The position numbers were made by a program, and so were the translations under genes. The notes beneath the pieces are model-generated. The model did no database searches. It had not been told where the DNA came from and worked only from the letters and a program-made list of their open reading frames with translations. DNA of 64,000 bases, from NCBI RefSeq assembly GCF_902713615.1, contig NC_052154.1, positions 107,482,016 to 107,546,015 of the forward strand, given 5' to 3'. Below, one piece after another: positions 12,009-21,919 of the stretch (within the stretch, counting starts at the first letter, position 1; every line of letters begins with the position of its first letter). This stretch comes from Scyliorhinus canicula (Eukaryota).

Positions 12009-13523
12009 TGTTACACAGGGACAGAATTGACAGCTCATTCATCCAAGATGCCCTCATTTAGTGTGGAGGATGGGTCCTGCTTTGGGGTATGTGTATAGTT
12101 GTTCCGGAAAAGGGTCGTGGTTTGATCCTGCAAATCCTCCACAACAGGGGTGTCACAAATTAGAATGTTAACATGCAGCTATGTCTGGTCGCCGGGCCTG
12201 GATGCTGGTTGAGCAACTGGACTATTGAGCAATTGGCTCAACAGTGTTCTGTTTGTTAGGAGCACCAGAAGCTCCTGCCAGCCGTGCTTCTTCAGCCCTG
12301 GGTGTGGCCAGAGCAGCCATGGACTCAGGTAGTTTCAGGGGTCGATGTTCCTTTTCTGAATTGATGCCCATTCCAAATGGCTGGAGATCAACAAGATATG
12401 GGCAACTACCTCCAGGGCTACGATCAAAAGCTGCGTTTTGTCTTTTTGTACCGATGGCATACCCGAGATATTGTCACAAACAATGGCACACCTTTATGAG
12501 CAGAGTTCTCGGTTTTTCTGAAGGCTAACGGGATACGACACACTCTGACTGCACCATATCACCCAGTTTCGGACGGACTCGCGGGGAGGGCAGTCCAGAT
12601 GTTCATCGTGGATACGGAAACAGTCTTCGGGATCAGTGGACACTAGGCTGGCCCAGTTCCTGTTTTGTTACAGGACTACCCCACAATAACATGATTGGGG
12701 TGGCCCCGGCTGAGATACTAATGGAACGGTGACTTCAGACTCGCCTTATCAAGGTCTTCCCTGACATCAATGGGAAGGTGCACCACAACCAATCCCTGGA
12801 AGGGTGTTGCCCCATTCAACGTTGACCAGGTGACACTGCACCAGGTGACATAGTGTATGTCCAAAGTTTACAGACGGCAGCCAGTGGATTTCTGGGACCG
12901 TAATCCGCCAGACGGGCCCGTTTCCTATCAGGTACAAGTCCAGGGTTCAGTAATACGTAAGCACGTGGATGACATGAGGTTCAAGCGACCAATTCTTCAT
13001 AAAATTCTTTGTGACCAAAAAGTTCTTGTCCAGACGAATCTGATGCTCGAGATGACCAGATCAGAACCATAAGTGGGTCAAGACGCCGACACGAGAGAGG
13101 TTGTCAACACTAATTCAAATATGGAGACCCATGATTGGTGGCCTCCGACGGAGAATCCACAGTGCAGCAGCCTCCGACAGATTTTGATTCGCCGTTCCAG
13201 TCAGAAGCGACGTTCACCTCCCGAGACACACCGCCCAATTCTAAGCTGCTGGTGCATGACGCAAACCCGGAGACAAAGCAAGTGGTTTGGCGCCCTCCAC
13301 TGCCACAGTCATCGGGATGATTCTTCGGACTTTGTGGGGGAGGTGTGTCATAACCTTCGCAGGAGTTATGAAGTGGCAATGATTAAACTGCCCATGAGCC
13401 TCACTAAATAGGAGCTCCCCCGCAACCCCCGCCCCTGTTAAAGGGGGATGTATAGCTAAAGTCAACCAGTTTCAGTACCGACACAGAGGAAAGACCCAGC
13501 TGGGATCTTTTGTGCTGTGTAGA

Positions 13524-14170
13524 TTTGATTTATTGTCACGTGTACCGAGGTACAGTGAAACATATTATTCTGTGTACAGTCCAGGCAGTTTGACCCATAC
13601 ATGAAAAACACAGGACACTCAATAAATACATAGGCCTAGACATTCGGGTGAAGCATATAGAGTGTAGTGCTACAATAGTACAGAAGATGCATTGAGAGAT
13701 CAGTTCAGTCCACAAGTGAGCCATTCGGGAGTCTGGTAACAGTGGGAAAGAAGCTGTTTTTTTTAATCTGTTGGTGCATTTTCTCAGACTTTTGTATCTT
13801 CGGTCCGATGGAAGAAGTTGGAAGAGAGAATAACCCGGGTGGTCTCTGATTATGCTGCCTGCTTTCCCAAGGCAGCGGCAGATGTAGACAGACTCAATGG
13901 ATAGGAGGCGGGTTTGCATGATGGACTGGGCTGTGTTCATCATTCTCTGTAGTTTCTTACAGTCTTAGACCGAGCAGCTGTCATACCAAGCTGTGATGCA
14001 GATAGATAGGATACTTTCTGTGGTGCATCTGTAACAATTGGTAAGAGTCAATATGAACATGCCGAATTTCCTTAGTTTCCTGAGGCAGTATCAGTGCTGT
14101 TGTTGTGCGTTCTAGTTCGTAGCGTCGACTTAGGTGGACCAGGACAGATCGTTGGTGTTGTGTACACCTT
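13524..14170 (-). mobile_element. Rex1/Babar-like LINE 3' fragment inside the 3' LTR of Gypsy A
   Basis: ORF 13536-13943 RCLGKAGSIIRDHPGYSLFQLLPSDRRYKSLR; AATAAAATCAAA end. Confidence 0.75.
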
Positions 14171-14579
14171 ATGTGTACAAAATAGTTATTGTAATAAAAC
14201 TTTATTTCTTTATTCACCTTAATATGGACTCCCTTTGTGGTCTACTAAGGGTTCAATAACCAAATTTGACTCTCCTTGGCGCATTCCACTGCTGGCATTA
14301 ATTAAATTTCAATATGTTTCTCATTCCCTCGCTAATCTCAACCTCACTACAGCTTTAACCCCACCAGTGCACTTCCTCAACAACAGCTTCGCAAATACAG
14401 ATATGCAAATTCCTTTCCGTATGCACACACTGACAATCCTTGAATTAAATTTGGGTCTTTCATTGTCGAATAATGCTTTGCATATTCCTCGTGATTCAGC
14501 TACTGTGAATAGTCTGTGACACACAAAGTGTATAAATACTTGGTGCAAATTTGAAATCATAAACCCAACAATGCAAGAA

Positions 14580-14840
14580 CACCAGAATTGGAAGCAGAAG
14601 TAGGTCACTGGGCTCCTTGAGCCTGCCCTGTCATTTAATAAAATCATGGCTGATCTGATTGGAAAGTGGAGTTGAGGTGACAGTCTGGCCTCCCATAACT
14701 CTGGACTCCCTTGTTGATCAAAAATCTATCCAGCTCTGTCTTGAAGATATTCAGTGTTTCAGCTGCCACTACTTTCTGGGTAAAATAATTTGACAGACTA
14801 ATGGCCTCTGAGAAAACACAGCTCCGTTTTAAATGGGACC
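14580..14840 (-). mobile_element. Decayed CR1 3' fragment
   Basis: 'gaagcagaagtaggtcac...ttgatcaaaaatctatcc' 3'UTR-like sequence. Confidence 0.55.
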
Positions 14841-14845
14841 CCTGG

Positions 14846-15725
14846 GGTGGATTCTTTCCCGCCCTCCGCCGGTAGCTGAATTCCTAATCCGGTGGAGAAT
14901 CAAGAGTTCCTCTAAAAACCAGGTTGGCACCCCTGGTGGTGACAGCAAGCTACGTGCCCCGCACTAGTGGGAGGATGTAACTGGAAGCCCAATTTTCCAT
15001 GCCCCTGTGATGTTCCAGCATTCTCAGCCAGGATTCATACGAGCGTGGATTGGTACAAGTATTTTCAAGTGTGGCCCTGTTGAGGAGGACCCTGAAGTGA
15101 GTCCAGGGGGTAGGTAGGTAATGTGGTACCCACAAAGTTCATTAGAGGACCACTACTCTCCACAGCGCAAATCCTGCCCACCCCACCCACATCAGACCCA
15201 CAACAGAGACTCCCACCTCAGAGACCCCCATCAGGTAAAAATGTTTATAAACATCGAGCTATGATTGACAGCTCCTAACCACACCAAAGGAAGTTAAGTG
15301 CTTTTTGCTGAGAAAAATAGGAGGAAATGAAAGCACTCATCTCCTAGATGTTTATAAACATTGTTGTGAGCTTCACAGCAGGGTACTTGAGATGCATTCA
15401 AGCGTGAAATGCAAATAAACAATCCAGTCACAAGGCTGTGGGGAAACTATTACCCTATCAATTGCAGCCTACTAAAGGTGGTGGTGCAGTGGTTAGCAAA
15501 AGATTTACAACAATGTCCTAACACCATCATTTTGATTAGGTGGCCCAATACGGAGGTATGGTGGTGGGCCCCCCACAATGCAAATCATCCCCCACCCCCC
15601 GCCCCCCTCACCACCACCATTGGAATTACAGATCACCTCCCACAGAACGCATGAATGAGGGTGACCCGACTGACCCACCCCCATCACAGACTCTCAGAGG
15701 ACCCCCCCCCCCCCATCAGAGAACG
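14846..15725. mobile_element. Harbinger-type non-autonomous element fragments
   Basis: GGGGTGGATTCT end at 14846 plus C-rich internal blocks. Confidence 0.45.
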
Positions 15726-15749
15726 GAGGAGAGTAGTGGGCCCTCTGAT

Positions 15750-16040
15750 GCTTCAGGGACCAGGGTTCCGGTCTTGGGTGACTGTGTGGAGTTTGCACTT
15801 TCTCCCCGTGTCTGCGTGGGTTTCCTCCGGGTGCTCTGGTTTCCTCCCACAGTCCACAAAATGTGCAGGTGAGGTGGATTGGCCATGCTAAATTTCCCCT
15901 TAGTGTCCAAAAGGTTAGGTCGTGTTACTAGGTTATGGTGATAGGGTAGAGGCATGGGCTTGGGTAGGGTATTCTTTCTTAAGGTTGATGCTGACCCCAA
16001 GTGCCGAATGGCTCCTTCTGCACTGTAAATTCTATGATTC
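15750..16040 (+). mobile_element. HE1/V-SINE
   Basis: Matches 6629-6970; ends ctatgattc. Confidence 0.85.
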
Positions 16041-16357
16041 CTCTTTGAAAGTGAATAGAATCCTCTCAGATTAAAGGATTTGAGGGAACATAAAAAACTT
16101 TTGCTGTGTTTTTTTTCATTCTATGAAGCCAAGGACACCGATAGCAGCTGTTGCTTTCAACACTTTTGGGAGGGGGGTCCTGCTAATGTGGTGCTCACTG
16201 ATTGGGGGGGGGGGGCATTCTCTGATGGGGGAGGCCTCTGAGAGTCTGTGATGGGGGTGGGTCAGTCGGGTCACCCTCATGCATGCGCGCTTTGGGAGGT
16301 GATCCGTAATTCCAATGGTGGTGGTGAGGGGGTGGGGGTTGGGGGAGGATTGCATTA

Positions 16358-16713
16358 TCATAGAATCATAGAATTTACAGTGCAGAAGGAGGCAATTCGG
16401 CCCATCGAGTCTGCACCGGCTCTTTGAAAGAGCACCCTACCCAAGCCCACATCTCCATCCTATTCCCATAACCCAGTAACCCCACCCAACATTAAGGGAA
16501 ATTTTGAACACTAAGGGCAATTTAGCATGGCCAATCCACCTAACCTGCACATCTTTGGACTGTGGAAGGAAACCAGAGCACCCGGAGGAAACCCACGCAC
16601 ACACAGGGAGAACCTGCAGACTCTGCCACAGACAGTGAACCAAGCCGGGAATCGAACCTGGGACCCTGGAGCTGTGAAGCAATTGTGCTACCCACCATGC
16701 TACCGTGCTGCCC
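16358..16713 (-). mobile_element. HE1/V-SINE
   Basis: Reverse complement of the HE1 consensus; head ends GCTGCCC. Confidence 0.9.
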
Positions 16714-16723
16714 TTATGGGCGG

Positions 16724-17346
16724 TGTCATGTGAGAGTTCCTTTAAGAAAAGGGTGTTTATAAATGGGTGTGTATGTAAATATCTGTAGTGAGAGTACTTT
16801 AAGAAATGGGTGTTTACTACTGCAGTGATGTCAGAGAGTTGGTGGAGCTGGGCTGTCAGCTTTTTACTTTCGTTTTAGGCTGTTTGCTGCAGGGTGTGTT
16901 TTAGTTTTGTTTTCAGTGTTGGAGCTGAAGCCAAATAGAGCAGGTATACTGTTGATCTCTCTGCCATGAAAAGACTGTCTCTTGATCATTTGGTGAATTC
17001 AGAATTATAAATCTTCTCAGTAGTGAATGTAAACCTAATGTGCTTCTGTTAAAAAGGTGATTCTTTTGTCTTCTGGATGTTGTTTGGGAAGTTATTAAGC
17101 ATTACTTGGTGTTGAATTATTTGGACGTTGTATTTGAATTAATGGTTGCTAAGATGTTCACTGTATGTTTTAAAAAGGTTAACTTGAATTCATAGAATAA
17201 ACATGGTTTTGCTTTAAAAAATACTTTTCCATTTCTGCTGTATCACACCGATGGAGTGTGCTCCCCATACCACAATCTATTAAAAGCTGTGGGTCAGGTG
17301 AACTCCATGATACACTTTGGGGTTCTCTAAACCCTCGCCCATAACA
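16724..17346 (+). mobile_element. Solo LTR (~620 bp)
   Basis: TGTCATG...CATAACA termini; second copy at 36751-38081 (-); flanks GCGG/GGGG. Confidence 0.85.
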
Positions 17347-17534
17347 GGGGCCCACCACCAGAACTCAGTTTTGGGCCACCTGCTCAAAATGATGGTGTTA
17401 GGACATTTTTGTAAATCTTACGTCTGCCCAGTGTTCCCTTTTTATCCCTGTCCTGCTGTCTGCTTTGATCGACAGTTTTCTGGTTAGCTGTTATAACATT
17501 ACTGCACCATTTGGGAACTCTGTTTAAACGATAG

Positions 17535-17696
17535 GGGCTGGATTCTCCACCTCGCCGTGCCACATTTCTGCTTCACCACGCCGTTGGGATGCTCCGTTAT
17601 GCCGGCCGGTCAATGGGGTTTCCTATTGTGGGGCAGCTGTCGGGAAACCTCCGGGCGCCGCAAAACGGAGCATCCCGCCGGCGCAGAATTCCGCCT
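17535..17696. mobile_element. Harbinger-type MITE (~160 bp)
   Basis: GGGCTGGATTCT / AGAATTCCGCCT ends with TAG/CAG flanks. Confidence 0.7.
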
Positions 17697-18157
17697 CAGA
17701 TTTTAGGCAGAGTTGAAACCCCCTGTCCTGATGGACCAGGCCACAGTGTCACCTTCAGGTTTTGTGGCAGAAACTGTGATGTTGATTTGATGGTCTTGGC
17801 AAGCAGCCAATTGGTGTAAGTAGGATCCTTGGTCTTCTATTGTTGCCTGTGAGTGGAGGAGCCAGTCAGAAGCTTCCAAAAAGAAAGCAAATCTTTTTGA
17901 AGAGTTCCATCTTTTGTTTCAGTTCTGTTAAGGAAGCCAGCTAATAAAGAGTTTGAAGATTCACTCTCTCCTTCTCTCTCTTTGCCACATGATTTTAAGA
18001 GGCATTCTAGCTAAACCTGTGGAGGCTTTCTTGTTTAAAAGAAACCGAAAGAAAACAGACCTGCCTAAGAGATCTCTGGAATGAGAAAGTGCTAGCCATT
18101 TTCCAAAGGTCAGTAACATTCTAACACTGTCTCAGAGGCTGGGAAGAGCTCAAATTG

Positions 18158-18387
18158 TTTTATTTTGTTATAAATTTAGTGTACCCAATTATTTTTTCCA
18201 ATTAAGGGACAATTTAGTGTGTCCAATCCACCTACCCTGCACATCTTTGCGTTGTGGGGACGAAACCCACGCAAACACGGGGAGAATGTGCAAACTCCAC
18301 ACGGACAGTGACCCAGAGCCGGGATCGAACCTGGGACCTCAGCGCTGTGAGGCTGCAGTGCTAACCCACTGCGCCACCGTGCTGCCC
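18158..18387 (-). mobile_element. Short V-SINE with a 16-bp TSD
   Basis: GGAAGAGCTCAAATTG duplicated at 18142-18157 and 18388-18403. Confidence 0.92.
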
Positions 18388-18514
18388 GGAAGAGCTCAAA
18401 TTGAAGATTAAACTGAGAATATTGCTTCAAGGCCAGAGTTTCTGTCTTCAGACATAGGGAATAAAAACTCTTTGCTCAGGAAGGCAGATGTGGTTATTTC
18501 ACAGGGAGATGAAA

Positions 18515-18645
18515 GCACCATCTGGTGGTAGAGGAGCATACGTGCTCTGAACTGAACATCCTGTGTCCAGAACCATCTGGTGGCCAGCTGTTGGAATTGG
18601 GCTGACCTGAACATCCTGTACACAGCTCCATCTGGTAGCACAGGA
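18515..18645. repeat. Degenerate 55-bp tandem repeat (~2.5 units) with a conserved CCATCTGGT core
   Basis: CCATCTGG at 18518, 18573 and 18628; CTGAACATCCTGT twice. Confidence 0.8.
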
Positions 18646-18689
18646 ATTTAAAACAGGAGTTGGGATGAACGGTTAATTTGCAAGATGGC

Positions 18690-19660
18690 AAACTGTAATC
18701 ACTGGAGTGTCAGAGGGATCAGTGCTGCGGCCTCATCTAGATACCATCTATACCGGTGACTCATTAATATATTAAAGGGACTGTCTGTAATATAGTCAAA
18801 TTTGCTGAAGGTACGAAAATAGGAAGAAAAGCCTCATGTGAGGTGTGCACAAAGATTCTGCAAATGTATTAGACAGTTTAAGTGAGCGAGCAAAAAGTTG
18901 GCAGATGAATATAATATGGGCCATGTGAAATGGTCCAATAGGAAGAATCGGAAAACAGAATATTGTTGAAATGAAAAGAGATTACACAGTGATACGGTAC
19001 AGAGGGACATGGGTATCCCTGTTTATGAATTACAAAAAGTGAGCATGCAGGTATAACACGTAATTAGGTAAGCAAAGAGAATGTTGGCCTTTGTTGAAAG
19101 GAGACAGAGTATAAAAGTCTGGAGAAGTTGTGCTACAACTGTACAGGACATTGGTGTGACCACGCCTAGAAGACTGTGTACAGTTTTGATCACCTTACTT
19201 AAGGGCGGACATTCGGAGAAAGTTCACTCAGCTGATTCCTGGGATGAGAGGTTTGTCTAAAAAGGAAAGGTTGATCAGGTTGCTCTTATCCTCTCAGGAG
19301 TTTAGAAGAATGAGAGGTGATCGCATTGAAACAACTAAGATTCTGAGGGGATTTGACAAGGTACATGCTGAGATGATGTTTTGTGGGTATCGAGAACAAT
19401 GGGGAACAGTTTACAAATGAGGGAGTCTCCTATTTAAGACCAAGATGGGGAGGAATTTCTTTTCAGTGCACTTAGTGATAGCAGGCAGTGGAAGTTGGAT
19501 CATTGAATATATTAAAAGCTGTTTCAGACAGATTTTTGATTGACAAAGGGATCAAGGGGCATAGGCAGGAAAGTGAAGTTAATGCTACAGTCAGATCCTA
19601 TTATACGCCAGACGACACTCAATGGGCCAAATGGCCTACACCTCCTCCTATATCTTATGT
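18690..19660 (+). mobile_element. Decayed CR1 LINE 3' kb
   Basis: GVSEGSVLRP-like RT remnant through 'gggccaaatggcctacacctcctcctat' tail. Confidence 0.75.
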
Positions 19661-19696
19661 AAGGAGAACAACTCCAGGTTGTCTGATCTCACATTA

Positions 19697-19883
19697 GGGG
19701 CTGTTTAGCTCACAGGGCTAATCGCTGGCTTTGAAAGCAGACCAAAGCAAGCCAGCAGCACGGTTCGATTCCCGTAACAACCTCCCCGAACAGGCGCCTG
19801 AATGTGGCGACTAGGGGCTTTTCACATTAACTTCATTTGAAGCCTACTCGTGACAATAAGCGATTTTCATTTTTCATTTCATT
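19697..19883 (+). mobile_element. Short tRNA-derived SINE family 2 (~185 bp) with (TTCAT)n tail
   Basis: GGGGCTG-TTTAGC...GGTTCGATTCCC head; copies at 28005, 41904 and 60663. Confidence 0.85.
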
Positions 19884-20078
19884 AGTCTGGTCTCCTCATA
19901 TTATTCAAGTTCCTTATCCCTCGATTTAGTAAATTCCTTCTACACCTTTTAAAAATGTTTGACATCATTCCAAAAATGTTATGTTGAGAATATTAGCTTT
20001 TCAATTCATTCATAAAACTGCTCATTGTGTTTTTGAATTTAACAGTAAGTGTAGGTGAAAATGTATGCAAGAAAATAC

Positions 20079-20106
20079 CTTGTATGGTTGAATTCATAGT
20101 GTCCAC
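20079..20106 (-). CDS. 28-nt coding micro-exon VDTMNSTIQ(D) of the astacin-like gene
   Basis: Acceptor ttttgcttctggcag, donor G|gtattt; phase 0 in and phase 1 out fit both neighbours. Confidence 0.6.
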
Positions 20107-20196
20107 CTGCCAGAAGCAAAATAAACATGTTACAAGGGAAGTATGAACGTACAATTTTACAATATTTTGTCTTATTTTATCATGCATGTCTCTTAC

Positions 20197-20256
20197 CAAT
20201 ATTAAATGAATGCATACAATGGATAGGTTTAACAGCACTGCAGAAGTGAAGTCCAT
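20197..20256 (-). CDS. First coding segment of the astacin-like gene: signal peptide MDFTSAVLLNLSIVCIHLIL (exon spans 20197-20279)
   Basis: Kozak-like ATCATGG; hydrophobic core; donor G|gtaaga; acceptor tttttctatgttcag upstream of 20279; 90-nt intron to the next exon. Confidence 0.62.
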
Positions 20257-20449
20257 GATACACAAAGTTCTAGCTGCATCTGAACATAGAAAAAGATGGA
20301 GTTTGTTAAACGTTGTAGACAATAAAATTCATAGTGCTATTTATTTAAAATTCTAATCATTTTGGGACCCTACAACGGCAGAGAGATGCCAGCATGGAAT
20401 TTCCAATTTTAATCTTGATAGCTCATTATCACTTTATTTCATATTTTAC

Positions 20450-20502
20450 ATCTCCAATGCTGGAGAGCATGAGCCCTGTATGACACAATATTAGCCTCAG
20501 TG
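20450..20502 (-). other. Candidate upstream (5'UTR or N-extension) exon, 53 nt
   Basis: Strong acceptor ccttttctttttaag; weak donor gtaaaa; one frame is open into the next exon. Confidence 0.35.
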
Positions 20503-20733
20503 CTTAAAAAGAAAAGGTAACGGGGGAATCTGGAGTTCTGAGCATCTGTATGGAAAAATAAAAAAATCTAAGATAATATCAAGGGGATCAATCTCTGTTT
20601 CAATGTTGCATCACTGGATATATTGCTGGATGCAGTAACAAGTAAGGAGGAAGTAATTTTGTTAAGAAAGAAACAAGAAACATTCTGTGGTCACCAAGGA
20701 AGGGTGGCAGCAGGTGACTGAGTAAGTCAGCAA

Positions 20734-21004
20734 TGAAGTAGGCTTCATAGTTTTGAGTATAAACAATAGCTCTTTACCAACAACTCAACAACTGTGTACA
20801 TATATTATATGTATACATACACACACATATATACATATACAATAGAGAGTACAAGCATAGAACTGACTCCATCCTAAGCCTTGCAGATCTCTGTCCATCT
20901 AGAGACTGACCTTATCTCTGGGTCATGTGTCTTCTTACATCACTGTGGGTGAGTACAGTATTCAATCCCACATTACACCTGTGTATACAAGACCCTAGAC
21001 TACA
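20734..21004 (-). mobile_element. Possible old solo LTR
   Basis: TG...CA ends and LTR-like composition; no TSD seen. Confidence 0.35.
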
Positions 21005-21919
21005 ACTCCTCCCAAGGCCAACAATGGTAGCAGCATCAGGGACCAGGGCCTGATTCTGGCCTTGGGTGATCGTGTGGAGTTTGCATGTTCTCCCTTATCT
21101 ATGTGGGTTTCCTCCAGGTGCTCCAGTTTCCTTGCACAGTCCATACAAAATTGTCCAAAAGTGGGCATTGCACTTGGGAGGGCTGCGTGATGCCCTGATG
21201 GCGAGTGGCGGCCAGTGAGTGGGGCTGGTATGGCAGAGGGTTGGGTGCAGGAATAGTGGGGTGGGGGGCACCCATACGCCCGGTTTCACTCAGCAGAACC
21301 AAGTCCAAGGTGGGTGGTCAGTGGGGAGCGCAGCAAGATGGCTGCCTTGCAATGAAGTGGGCATAAATTAGGTGTTCTTTTGGAGGGTGGATGCAGATTC
21401 GGTGGCCTGAATGTCCTGTTGCTGCACTAGAGGGATTCTACGTCATCTATGATACCATCTGTCGTCTTAACTGCTCAGGAGAGAGCTGCTTCTGGACAAC
21501 TTACAGCTCAAACATCCGTTTGTTGCCATTCCTCAGTGGTTCAAGGATCATGACTCACCAGGAGTCATACTCCTTAGGCCAAAGGCCTTAGGCCATGGTT
21601 CATTGTCCGAATCCAACATAAAATTTGTTAATGACCATGGACCAGGACATCAGCATTCCAAAACAAAGAGCCACATTTTCTGATGTCACCCAAGAAACAT
21701 GATCGTGTGCTTTCAGGGTTTTCAGTCTTGATGCCACGGATTGCCTTTGGGAAGTGTGTGTGCTAGATGTAGTAATCCACGGGCGGCAGGGGTTCCGTCA
21801 CCACACCAATATTTATTTACAATAACGATATTACAGGAGCAGCTGCAAACAGTGCTGCTAGCAGTCCAGTCAACTTAAGACTGCTCACAAAGCCTACACA
21901 GGTGATTATATGGGCCCCC

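Larger units (their letters stand above)
1514..14249 (+). mobile_element. Gypsy element A (old, full span, heavily interrupted)
   Basis: 5' LTR 1514-1775 and 3' LTR 13346-14249 (split by a LINE); PBS-like TGGAGACAAGG; PPT GGGGGAGGTG; TSD GGTCC/GGTTC; gag (VQRYCFNTAESTPGESV), protease remnant ~2910-2958, RT YLDD ~7110, RNase H 7600-7990, integrase 12010-13300. Confidence 0.85.

Noticed and set aside
19993-20322. 109-aa single-exon ORF
   Set aside because: Better explained as two real exons read through a 90-nt (frame-preserving) intron and flanking intron sequence.
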